Assembly (NCBI GenBank): GCA_010093605.1
Contig: MU004196.1
Span: forward strand, 518,606 to 582,605
DNA: 64,000 nt
Reading direction: 5' to 3'
Origin: Lophium mytilinum
Lineage: Eukaryota
Under the pieces are notes generated by a model. It was not told where the DNA came from, made no database searches, and saw only the letters and a program-made list of their open reading frames with translations. Below are positions 50,901-62,132 of this stretch, one piece after another. A program made the translations under genes and the position numbers. Within the stretch, counting starts at the first letter, position 1. Each line of letters begins with the position of its first letter.

Positions 50901-52504
50901 TGAACGGATTTCTATGACGACTTATTGTACCGGGGCTGTTATATTCTACCATACCGCTTCTGTTCCTGGCTGTGAAGCAGCTAAGAGGTTCATCACCAAA
51001 ACCAAAATACTTCTCCCTCTCCACTCCACGAAAACTAGATGCCGTTTCGAGATATGATTGTCAGTCGGGGCATCATTGCAGAACAAGTGCAGTCTCCCTG
51101 ATGGACCGGCCCTCGCGGAAGAAGCTAGGACGTGGGATAAATAAAACAAAACACCAACGTGCTTTCCTCCGTACATCGGACCAACAAGGCCACGGAGCAA
51201 AAGTCGCCACCCATCGGGCCGTCACGCAGCTTCATTCCACGCCAGCTACGTTCTAGAAGCTCTACAACCAGCTACGTGCTCAAAGCCCTATAAAGCTCAG
51301 CACGCTTGCTGCCCAACCGAGTCGACTCCAGGGCCCAACCCCCGTGGACGGGTGGAGATGATCGCGCGCTCCGAGAACTCTCGGACTAACACCACAGCTC
51401 TTCATCTACGAAGTCAACGAAGTCGGCGGTTCCCTTCCCCTAAGGCCGCAACGGAATGAGGAGCATAACCATCGGGGTTTCTCCGGCCAGCATCTAAGAC
51501 AGCCCGTACCGTACCGCGCCTACTAATCCACCGAGCCACAAGCACCACCGCTGCTCAACCACCTCATTTATTGCACCCGCTCAGCCAAACAACAGCTATA
51601 AGCATCGGTCCCTCTCGGGCAATCGCGCAGCTGAGATGGTCCGAAGCTCCCCCCACCACTCACACTTCCCAAACCCCACCACCACGCCCCGATCCGAAAC
51701 ATGCGATACCACCGGACCTACTCAAAAAGGCAAGAAACAATACCGTACCTGACTCGCGCCCGCCCACGCCCCCGCCGCCCCCCCCCCCCGACTCAGTCTC
51801 GCACGGCTAGGGCTGACAATACGCGGGGGATGTGAGACATGGACACGCGCACAGGCATGGCTATCCCGAGCAGCGGGACTGGGGTGTGTTCTGAGGCGTG
51901 CTGAAGGAATGGGACTGCGCACGGGTTGTTCCGTGGGAGCGTATCGTATCGGCCGACGGGTTGCGTACACGTATGCGGCGGACCGCAGCTTTACGCGCAC
52001 GACGGCTGGTGGGCTGAGGGGGGGAGGGATTGGGATGCCGGATGTGAGCGGTGCGTCGAGGGGGACATGAGTCGGGGGTTGAATGCTGCGGAAGAGGCGG
52101 GGAGGGCGGGAAGGGAGGGAGGTGGCGTGGTGGTGTCGCTTACGGCTGGAGGTGGAATGATTTTTCAGAAGTTTGAATGTTGAGAGGATGGACGTCGTAG
52201 GTAGTTGGTCTGTCACGTGAGAGAAGGAGTCAAAACGTCTCTGGTTAGCTTGAAGCGATGCTCATAACTTTCATAGATGAGGGTAATAGGATTGAAATCA
52301 ACAGATTGAGCACATGAGAAAAAGAGTCGAGGCAGCTATCAATCGATTTTAGGTCACTTTCGGAATGAAAGTCTGGGCGGCAAGAATAGTATAAGGGAGA
52401 AGAGAATATAGATAAGGACAGGAGTGCGAAAACTCTTGAGAGTCTTCTTAAAGGCGTGTGCTAATGGGTATGAAAGACTAAGAGGAGGGCCCTTTCTTAG
52501 CCTC

Positions 52505-54898
52505 TCAGGTGCCGTACGGACCTCTGCCAAGCATGTACTTTAGACTAAGGGGAGCGAAGTCCTGGTTCCCTGTAGACGAGGAATGGTAGATTGGGAATGT
52601 TTGCCCAGAGAAAGATTCCTCATCCTCCACGACGGAGCTATTGACTGCGAGTACGTGTCGATGATACAACTCAGTGCTCCCCTTAACATCCGGTAAGCCA
52701 CGCTGAAGATCCGACAGCGACGCCTCAACTCCAGCAAATTTAAGGTCTTGTTCTGTGCTTCCCGAACTGTACGACCTGGACTGTGAGGGTATGCTGGTGT
52801 ATGTCGCCGTGCCGTTCTGGCGATTTACGGTCGTCGTGCCCGAAAAGGGGGACAGGTTCGGATGGATCGTTTCTTCGAAACCAAAAGTCTGTAGACCGGA
52901 TGGGAAAGCTAGCTGGCCTAGCGTCTGCACATTCTTGCTACGATCAATTGAGGCGCCGATGGTGAAAGCGTCATCCGGATAGAAGGCGTAAGCTGTGGTT
53001 GCCCATAGAGGATAGTCATACGCTCTGGAGTAACCCAAGGACGACAAATCTACGCCCTTTGTACTTTGGGTGTTGATTTGTAAGTTTCCGCCATCGCTGT
53101 AATTTCCTTGGTTCGAGAATGTCAAAGTCTGTTGCCACGAAGCAACACGACTGCCTTCAGACGTCTTGATCGTTGAGCTAAGAGAGAGGTGTCGTTGGAC
53201 CTGGACGGAATATTCCAGGGTGACGTTGGTACCGTTGGGGAGGGACGACACCGATGATGATATGTGCAGGGCAGGGTGCGGGTCGATCCGGACAAGATTA
53301 GAGCCTGTGGTAATCCAATCGCTTGCATCAAGCCACAAGAAAATCTTGCCAGTCACGACCCAAGATGCCCCGACCGTGTTTGTCAGACTTCCATGACCGT
53401 ACCCGTCGTCGCTGATCCCTGCAACTCTTATCTCAAAAGTATGCTCATCTCCGTCGCAGAGCACAGGTAGGAACGCCGAAACATCAATCTCGTCCTCCCG
53501 GAGATCAAACGCGTCGATGCCCACGACCGGGCGCCAGAATCCAGGATCCACGCCTCCTGTAAAGATGACTGGGAATGGCCAGGCCACCCCCGCTAGCATG
53601 CCGTCGATATAGAGCTGAGTTTCGCGGAATGGCGAGTACCCCGAGAGCTCCATTGCAGGGAACGTCAAAAGATTGGAAGAAGGGACGTTGCCCCACCAGA
53701 ACTCTTCTGCTGCTTGTCCGCAAGCTGAAATGGAGAAGACCGCCTTCTTGACATTTCGGGGAAGTGTGAGGGCATTTGTGGCATTTTGACCGGGTAGACT
53801 GAAGGCGCTCGGGGCATTGTTGGCTGACTGCCTTGCAGAAATCGGTATGATCACGTCCGCAGGTGCGCTAGCGACATTATCGGTGAAGAACGTGGCCGTC
53901 AAAGTCGCGTTGAAGGAAGCGGTGTATATTTCATTGACGAGATTTCCGAGGTCAAAAATGATCTTCTGTGGCTCTTTGAACAACACGAGAAAGTTCGTCA
54001 TGTCTTTAATGTAAGTCCACTCAATTCCGGTCGCCGTAGGCTCCGCTGTCGAAGTACGAAATACTTCGGTGTCGTTGAAGTACATCAGTCCAAGACGATC
54101 GAATTGCCGTCCCGCAGAGACAACCGTAAAATTGAACGTGACACGATTGAAGTCGCATGAAGGAGGAGAGTACTCGCCTAATACATTTAGGTTAGCAATG
54201 ACCGCCGTACTCGCACTCAACGAAGGCATGCGTCCACGCTGGGCATGAAAAAGTGGCACACTCATCAAGATCTATCTTTTGCGGTCGTGTGTAAACCTGT
54301 CTGCCACTGCTTGGGGTGCTTCAATAGGTTTCTAGATAGCCTAAAGCTAAAAAAAAATCTACCTCTCTTACATTTCCAAAGGTGTATTAAAGCACCCCAA
54401 ACAGCGGCAGACAAGTGTATAAGAGGCAGATGCGGGTTGAGTGTGCCCCCTTTTTCATGTCCCGCGTGGCGTGTCTGCCCAATGGTCTTACAGCACACGG
54501 GCTAAAGCGAGGCACGAAAACATGGGATGCTTTCGAGAACAAAAGGAATGCAAGATAATCGAGAAGATGTGGCGAGAGTTGTTCTTCCACTCACCAACGA
54601 AAGGCTTTCCATAGCTGAACGCGAACGAGTGCACCATAAGCGTTTTCTCACAGGGCGCGTCTTCAGGGCTCAGTACCGGAGGCGAAACTTGGAAAACATC
54701 CAGAAATGATGAAGATTGGTTGCTTGCGCGGCCAGCAAGCATCCTATGTGGCAGGAGACCACGGTATTCGGATGCCGATGACGGTGATGCGAGGACGTGA
54801 AATGAAAGAGTCATTAGCATTATGATAGTGCAAACCAGCGGTCGAAATACGTTGGCCGCGCGTAGCTGCTGGTGCTTTGCTGCTCTGATATGCCCCAT
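52505..54898 (-). CDS. Peptide-N4-(N-acetyl-beta-glucosaminyl)asparagine amidase A (PNGase A-like)
   Basis: Exon 1 has a hydrophobic N-terminal segment and ends LMVHSFAFSYGKPFVG. Intron 54178-54594. Exon 2 has GRQFDRLG...FRTSTAEP...EEFWW...SPFRE...WPFPVIFTGG...WRPVVGIDAFDL. Confidence 0.9.
54234..54469 (-). other. Long intronic RNA hairpin in the PNGase A intron
   Basis: Inner stem 54298-54326 / 54385-54413 (29 bp). Outer stem 54234-54264 / 54438-54469. Confidence 0.75.
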
Positions 54899-55227
54899 GC
54901 TCGTAGCTTTGTTGCTAGACTCTAAACATAGTGAAAATACACGACTACCCGCCTGCTGTTGCGGCTCCAAGATACTCCAGCTTTTGCGGATTTCCACCTG
55001 AGCCATTCCGGCTATTCCCAATGCACCCCGACTAACGCCATTGCTGGAATGGGACTGTGGTCCTAAAATCATTTCGACAGATCAAATGTCAAACAGACGA
55101 GGTATCACGATAATAAGAAAACGCTTCCGACTCCTGCAGCAGTGTGAGCGCCAAAAAGGGCAGAATGTGGCCTAATGCAAACCTTGCAATGCTTCAAATG
55201 ATCTACGGTGCACCGCAGGACGAAGGA

Positions 55228-55533
55228 TTAATCGCTCAGGTCTACGGAGTTTGGGTCGCCTTCGTAATGGTCCCAGAAGCGTTTCACAGCACGCTGGGCG
55301 ATGTCGGAGGACTGGAAGCGGGCGCGGAAGTAATTGAAGAGGGCGAACTCGTCTTTCGACAGAATGTAGGTGTTGGGTTGGGCGTGTAAACGTGCCCAAA
55401 GGTCGAGAATCGCCTTTTCGAGGAAGCTCGAGATGACGGGGTCGACGCCGCCTTCGCTATTGCGGGCGATGTCAAGAGCGCGCTGGACGGTTAAGTAGCC
55501 GTAGCCGTCGACTATTTCTGCGTTACCACCCAT
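55228..55533 (-). CDS. Small (101 aa) hypothetical protein
   Basis: MGGNAEIVDG...LTVQRALDIARNSEGGVDP...FLEKAILDLWARL...YILSKDEFALFNYFRARF...AVKRFWD. Globular, helical-looking sequence; TA-rich TATA-like element upstream at about 55675. Confidence 0.75.
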   Translation of the reverse strand: MGGNAEIVDGYGYLTVQRALDIARNSEGGVDPVISSFLEKAILDLWARLHAQPNTYILSKDEFALFNYFRARFQSSDIAQRAVKRFWDHYEGDPNSVDLSD

Positions 55534-58249
55534 GCTGGCAGGAGGGGTGAAGGTATTTAATGAAGTCGCTAATAAACAAGGTGTGGGGAGCGCTAAGGCG
55601 ATGCGGGAAGGAGGTCCTGGGGGAAACAGGCAGGTGAAGGCAGCTGGGCATGGCAGGGAGGAGAGCAACCGGAGATATATATAATAAGAGAGAATCGATC
55701 AACCCACGTGGAAAGACAGGCAGATCCCCAGCCAAAAGTCATGCAAAGGGCCGGGGCGGAAGGCCTTTGCTGGAATGCCCACAAATAAGCTCACAACGGC
55801 CTCAGCCAGCCTGGGGCAGGGAACCACTGCGGGCTCTTGACGGCAGGCCGTTGGCGCCGGCCTGGACGACCGTTTGAGGGGCGAAAGGGAAGCGAAGGGC
55901 TGAGAGAAGGTGATACTGGGGCCCGTGAGCGCAAGGAGGCGACTCCACAGCCTGATGATATTGCGAACCTTGCACGCCCTCTTGCAACACAGCCAACGAC
56001 GACGCTCGACCCGCCGACGACGACACAGGACGTCAGCCGCCCAGAGAAGAAGACAGGCCTGCGCGACCAGGGAGCCTGCACGCTGCTGGCCGGCTTGTCG
56101 AAAACGCCCCGTCCGAACTGCTGGAACGCTGAGACGATCGAATTGCTCGGGCGAGGGTCCAATCAAAGCCCTGGACACTGCTGATGCTCGAGGGCCGGAG
56201 CGGCAGCCGTCTGGCGCAAGACGATGTCGACTTGCGGCGGGAGCAGACGCGCTTGACTGCACTCGAAGACAGCGGCAGGCCCCGTTTGATAGAGGAAAGC
56301 GGCCCAAGAGACGAGGGCAAACGGCACTGTTTGCTGTGGCAGCGGCAGTTGATCGGGCAGGAATGGGCACTGGAGGAGTCGACAGCCTGGAGGCCCTGGA
56401 GAGCGCCAGAGGTTCCCAAGGTTAGCTTGAAGGAAGTAGGGCTAGCTTGGAGGAGGTGAGGTTGAGCGACGAGCAACGCCGGCTCGTTTGCATCGTGGCG
56501 TCCGGGATCTCTGGTCTGCCGCCAGCCATGCGCTGCGGGAGTCCGTTGCGTCTGCTTGGCCCTGCCACGATACACCTGGGTACGATGCTAAAAAGCACCG
56601 CTGGATGCCGCGCTGCAAGCATCCCACGCTGTCAGCCATGCCGTGAACCCGCCCTCCGTCGCTGCATCTCTCAAGGGTCTCTCCAGCTCCCGTGGCCCTC
56701 CTCCTGCAGGCCCCTCCACGCCCCTCGGACGGTCGCGCACACAGCCGGCGCAGAGGCGCCAACCGAGTCGCATCGCGGCGAATCAGGATAGGGGTGCTCC
56801 AAGCAGCAGCACAGCCGGCAGCGTCCGCAGAAAGTCAAACCACCAGTCTGCCGGCCCCCTTGGGCGACTCAGTATCGCCGGCAGCATTACTCGCGCCAGT
56901 GCTCCCAAGAACCCGGCCAGCTCACCTGACTATTCTGACGGCGCCCCGTTTGCTGAGCAGCCCGCGAACTTTGGCATGCAGCGTTTCGCCTGTCCGCCCT
57001 GGCTGGGTTCCGCGGGTCATTTCTCAGCATGCATCGCTCCGGGAGGCGGCCCAGATACGTGGGGTCCTCGCGCGAGGGCCGCTCATGTCACGCAAACGTC
57101 TTGGCGGCAATCGCCCATGTGTATGGGTGGCTTCAGTCCTGCTGCCATGTTCGGACGACCGCCCAAGTCTGTCCGTCCTCCGTCGTCAGTCTGATAGGGA
57201 ATTGTGCGAGGCCAGCAGTTCGGTGATCGCCGTACCCAAGTCGCGCTGTGAGATCGCCAACGCCTGGAGGTTTCGCGCGCTAGGGAGACCTGGCTCCGGC
57301 GCAACAGGATGCTCCAGTGCTGACGAACTGGGAGCCTCATGATTGCGATTCTCCACTGGAATTGGTCCGCGCCCTCATGCCTAAGGTACACATTCCCCTC
57401 GTGAAGGAGCTCGAGATCATCCCATGCTTCCCCACCAGCCGAAGTGCTCCCACTGTACGATTGGACTCGGCTGGCGCTTGCGGCTTGAACTTGCATGATT
57501 CTCCACGCGGCGAAGACGCGGCGAACAACCTTATATTGAGGGCCTGCCAGCATCGCGTCCGTGTGTCTTTGGGCTGATACTCGCAGAGGCGTCTCAGGGC
57601 GACGCTGTTTGGCCAGCCTTTGGTTTCACCGCTAGGACTCTGTCTCCAACAGGGTCTACCACGACTGCGGAGACTTGGTCTTCGAGAACACGGCCAGCAT
57701 GACTCCTGGCGCCGGCAACCACGGAGATCATGATGAGACGTCTTCACGACTAATTGATATAGCCGCCGCAGCCGGCGGCGGTCAGAGAGAACGCATCAGA
57801 AAAACTGGACATCGAACTGCGTGTCGAGTCCAAACGGTCAATGGTTTGCCCAATCGAGCATGGAAGCCGTCCAGACAATGGGTACGATGCGGGCCCAATA
57901 TGCGGCCCGAGTCAGCGACGAGCAGCGGCAAAATGCTCCGCTTTGCAGTCTCTTGCAGCGCAAACAAGAGCGGGCGATTCAGCGGCATTCCGAGTTGGTG
58001 TTTTCTTGCAGATGAGGTTGGGGTGATCCATGATGGAGGTCCCTGCGGTCATGTGGCCTGGCCTGGCGGACGGATACGGGTCCACAATGTTCCGGGAAAG
58101 CTTGGCTGTAGAACGTAAGACGATGAAACACCGCGGCGGATGACGCTGCCCACTTCACACCGCGATTATACCCGCCGCGCCTTCGCCCACGTCTAAACGG
58201 TGCCCGCCCACCTATCTAATTGGTTTCCTGTCGCAAGGAGTGCTCCAGA

Positions 58250-59038
58250 ATGAGTGCCGCCCGCACCTTGGGCCCTGCAGTCCGAGTCAGGAGCTTCCTT
58301 TGCACACCCATCACGCCAGCTCCCTCAGCATCCGCATCAAGATATTTCGCTATTGCTAGGCCTGCTATCTCGAATCCCGGTACTTTCCAGAGGCTCTCAG
58401 GTCAGGCAGCTCGCCGGTCATGGAAACATGACAGGTCTCTCCCGTCCCGCAGCTTCCGCTTCGTGCGCTTCAAGAGCTCCAAGCCATCAACCCCCAGTCC
58501 CAATCCAACACCACAGCTCGGGAGCCCAGAACCCTCGCTTTCTCTATCACAGCGCATGCGCAAGCTCTCCCGCGAGTATGGCTGGACAGTCGTGGGCGTC
58601 TATGGTCTCCTCACTGTGCTTGACTTTCCATTCTGCTATATGGCGGTCAAGCTGCTCGGGACCGAACGGATAGGACGTTATGAGCACGCTGCAATAGAGG
58701 CTTTCTGGAGTCTAGTACACATACCATTTCCAGACGTGCACAAGAAGCAGGCTATAAGCGAGGAAGGCTCATTAGAGGCCACAGCACGGGAGGGCGAAGA
58801 AGTTGCAGAGGCTGCTGTATCCAAAACCGAAGCAAGTATGTGACTTGCGTGAGCTCGAACACCTTTTCCCCTGTACTGACCTTCCTCAGCGATCTGGACC
58901 ACGCTCGCCCTCGCATACGCTGTGCACAAATCTTTGATCTTCATTCGAGTTCCCTTGACTGCTGCAGTAACTCCGAAGGTTGTCAAGACACTAAGGGGCT
59001 GGGGATGGAATATTGGCAAGAGGAAGCCGAAGCCTTGA
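58250..59038 (+). CDS. Nat2/FAM210 (DUF1279) mitochondrial membrane protein
   Basis: Arg/Ser-rich presequence; SLSQRMRKLSREYGW...LDFPFCY. Intron 58836-58889, then IWTTLALAYAVHKSLIFIRVPLTAAVTPKVVK...WGWNIGK. Confidence 0.88.
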
Positions 59039-62000
59039 ATACAGACATTGGAGCTTGTGCTAGTGAAACCTCACTACTTCAATCTCGAATTTCCACTCTG
59101 GCCCTTTGTATATTTGAATCGTCTAGATTTCGCATCAGGTCATCGACATTGGCGGGCGTCTAGAAAAAAAACTGTTTAAACAACCTGTAGTAATAAGCAC
59201 AAATGGAGCGCTGGTAGCGGAGCGGTAGCAGAATTATGTAAGATACAAATGGTGGCCAAGGATGAATATCCTGGCATCTGGCTACATCCAGACCTCGTCC
59301 CAGGCTCATGGCACATTGCGTCAGCTGCTTTGTGCATTAGTCCTCTACGGTTCCCCATAATCTAGGTCATGGCTTGCGTCGATGAGTCGCAGGGATGCAG
59401 ACCCAAACTGGACTTGACAGACCCGATGGAAAGGTTCAACGGCTTTCAGTCACCCTTTTGAGATCTTCATATTTCCCCGCAGACAGACCTAGCGTCTGGT
59501 CCGACCCAGACATTCGCGGATAGCGCGATCTACTGTCATAATCGCCCCTAAGCGATTCCGGTTACAGTCTCTATAGCGGCGCGGCTGAGTTACGCATGAC
59601 GTGGCTAAGCTTCTCCTTCAACTCTGGTTCAGCTCGAAGCTTCAAAGTACCTCCGACAGACTTCGTTTCGCCGTTTCATTGGTATTGCGGGCCCTTCTCG
59701 GCACGTTGTTGCGGGAATATTTTCGCTCGCCGAAGAAACACCTTATATGTGAACCCCAGACAATCACTTCAAATCTGTCCCCGCGCTTGCGATCTGGAGG
59801 CGTTATTGCGATTGCGATTCGAGTGGAGCCGCGTCGGCGTAGTTCTAGATTCGCGGCAAACAGCGAGCTTCAGAATTCCCATTGGCAAAGCACAAATCGA
59901 ATTCAAGGCGGACACAATCAGACTACGGCGATATCGCCGGCTCTAATCTCCTTCATAGAGCAGAATATACTTTCAGCTAGCTATCAGAATGGGTTCTCAT
60001 GCTCCGCGGGCTCCGAAGACCCTCCTAACCCTACCAACCACGATATCGTGATGTCTAGCCGCGTCACGCTACCCACAGTTCAAACTTCCAACACTACTCT
60101 AACTGACACTTTTTGCGCCTATTCTTTCTCGGTGGTCTTGTCACTTCCCATAAGCTTTCCCGCTAGCACGCCTGAGGCTCTTACAGTTTCCGATCAGGCT
60201 TTCCTTACTATTTCAGGCCTACGAAGGTACAAACGGTCCGACTCAACGTCAAGGGGTCGGTGGATTTAAGGTTTGCCCCTTGCAAGACCGCAAACTCAAA
60301 TTGTAATGTACAGCCCTACCGCCGACCACGGACCATGCGCTCATGCCACATTATCACCTCGGAACACGGCGAACCCCCAGTCTCAACCTAGAAAGAGCCC
60401 AAATATGTCCCTCGGCTCGTTTCGCATAGATCTAACGTATTGAAGACACGTCAACCTCCGGATCGTCGGGTCTGATGCCTACCAAGCCGAGCTGGTAAGG
60501 CGCTGCCGGGTTCATGGCACGACGTTTGTTACAGGAAGCAAATGACATCTAATCAAAACACCCGAGGTTGAACAAGAATATCGTCGCTTCATGCCAGATA
60601 CAAGAACGAGGTTTCAAACACAACTGCCGAACGGGGTCTCCCAGAGGCGCAAATGCCATAGTCCTTAAAGTTACCCTTCCGCTACTACTAGCTTTCGGCA
60701 ACTCCGATGTCAAAGCTACAACCAGATGAAAAAGAATGTGTGAAAAGCATGACTGCACTCCGGGCGGGTGCGGCTATCTACTGTAGACCGATTAACGTGG
60801 CGCTTTTAATCGCGCATGGCTTGCGGCTACGACAGATTTAGATACGAAGTCAGGATGAGCACATCCGCAGATCAGATCTGAGTAGTGACTAGCTGGGATA
60901 TGGAGCCTCTAGGTTCGAATTTCTGTCACCTAAAAGCTAAGCGTAGAGCCTAAGCAGATGCGCTTTGAGATGTCGGTGTGTCGAGGTCTGTCTTTGGTTG
61001 CATCAAAACCTACTTGAGCGTCAGAGGCGTCTTGATGTTCCGAAGTCAGAAGCTTGAGGATAACGTGGTAGTCATTACGTTTTCGCGCTACGAAGGATAT
61101 TCTTTCACGAGTGCTATACTCAAGCTGCGACTACCATCGCGGTATGTCTCTCTCTTGGTAGTTACGTCACGTGCAGCTATCACATGACCTCGCTTAGAAG
61201 CAGCTGTCCGGCTAACTCACTTCCACAAACTCATAGCTACTTCGCATTTACAGGCCCATTTTGGCCTTCCAATGCTAATCTGACGCGCACCTACCAAGAT
61301 GATTTCTTTTGATATCTTTGTCTCTATTCTGCTTTCCTAACACTCAACCCTTCTTTTGCTAAACTCTATGGACACACTCAAAATGATTCTAGCGCCGGGA
61401 AAAACCTGAAGTGAATACTTCTCCGAGGACTCCATTCTTAATTTCCCATTCGTTCAATTTCGCTTTCAGTCAAATGATCTTTATGTGTTCCATTGCTACG
61501 ATGTGAGCATAAAGTAACAGTCTCGTAAAGCACATAGGCATAATCCCATTTTTCATATCGTCATCGCGAATAATCCGAGATCTGGCCTCACAAGTTCAAC
61601 CACTACTGCATCACCATGACCTCCTGTTATACCTCTCAAATTTGCACACTGCCAAGCCCCAATTAGGAAATACCAGTGGTAGACCTACCCCTAGAACATA
61701 TCCTTTCATCCTAGCCTTTGATCCTGCTAGAATGACGCAAATGGGACCGAATGCCAAAGTGCCAGAAGCCTAAGTATCGGTAAGAACACGAACGGAAGGC
61801 AGCTCGGCCGGCGTAGAACACGTTTAGAGCCACGACACCGCAGTTATCGCAAAACGAAATACCATCGAGAGCGCTCGGATCGACCTCGAAACGACATTGC
61901 CCCAAGAGCCAAAATGCCAGACCTGAAGAAACGGTCAGCTCCCTCCGAAAGACTGCTTGACGCCCTCTCGGTACCATATGAAAGGGACGGCGAAGATGGC

Positions 62001-62132
62001 AATTCCGAAACATATGTTCCCTTCGAAATAGCGACGGTATCCTCTCTTCCACGGAACAATAAGCCAAGGCCATCGACCATGAGGAGAGCACTCGTCAAGG
62101 CACCCCAGTACGGTGGATGCGTGAGCGATATC

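Noticed and set aside
51636..52183. Small Cys-rich gene model with an in-frame TGA at 51902 (recoding or editing candidate)
   Set aside because: Needs weak splice sites (GTACCT...GAG), no homology is recognisable, and selenocysteine use is not known in Dikarya.
60860..60930. tRNA-like GGTTCGAAT motif
   Set aside because: T-stem and acceptor stem do not pair; no cloverleaf.
59400..61300. Telomerase RNA or transposon candidate (CTAACCCTA near 60025; 222-aa ORF at 59601)
   Set aside because: Template incomplete, no pseudoknot seen, and no transposase or RT motifs.
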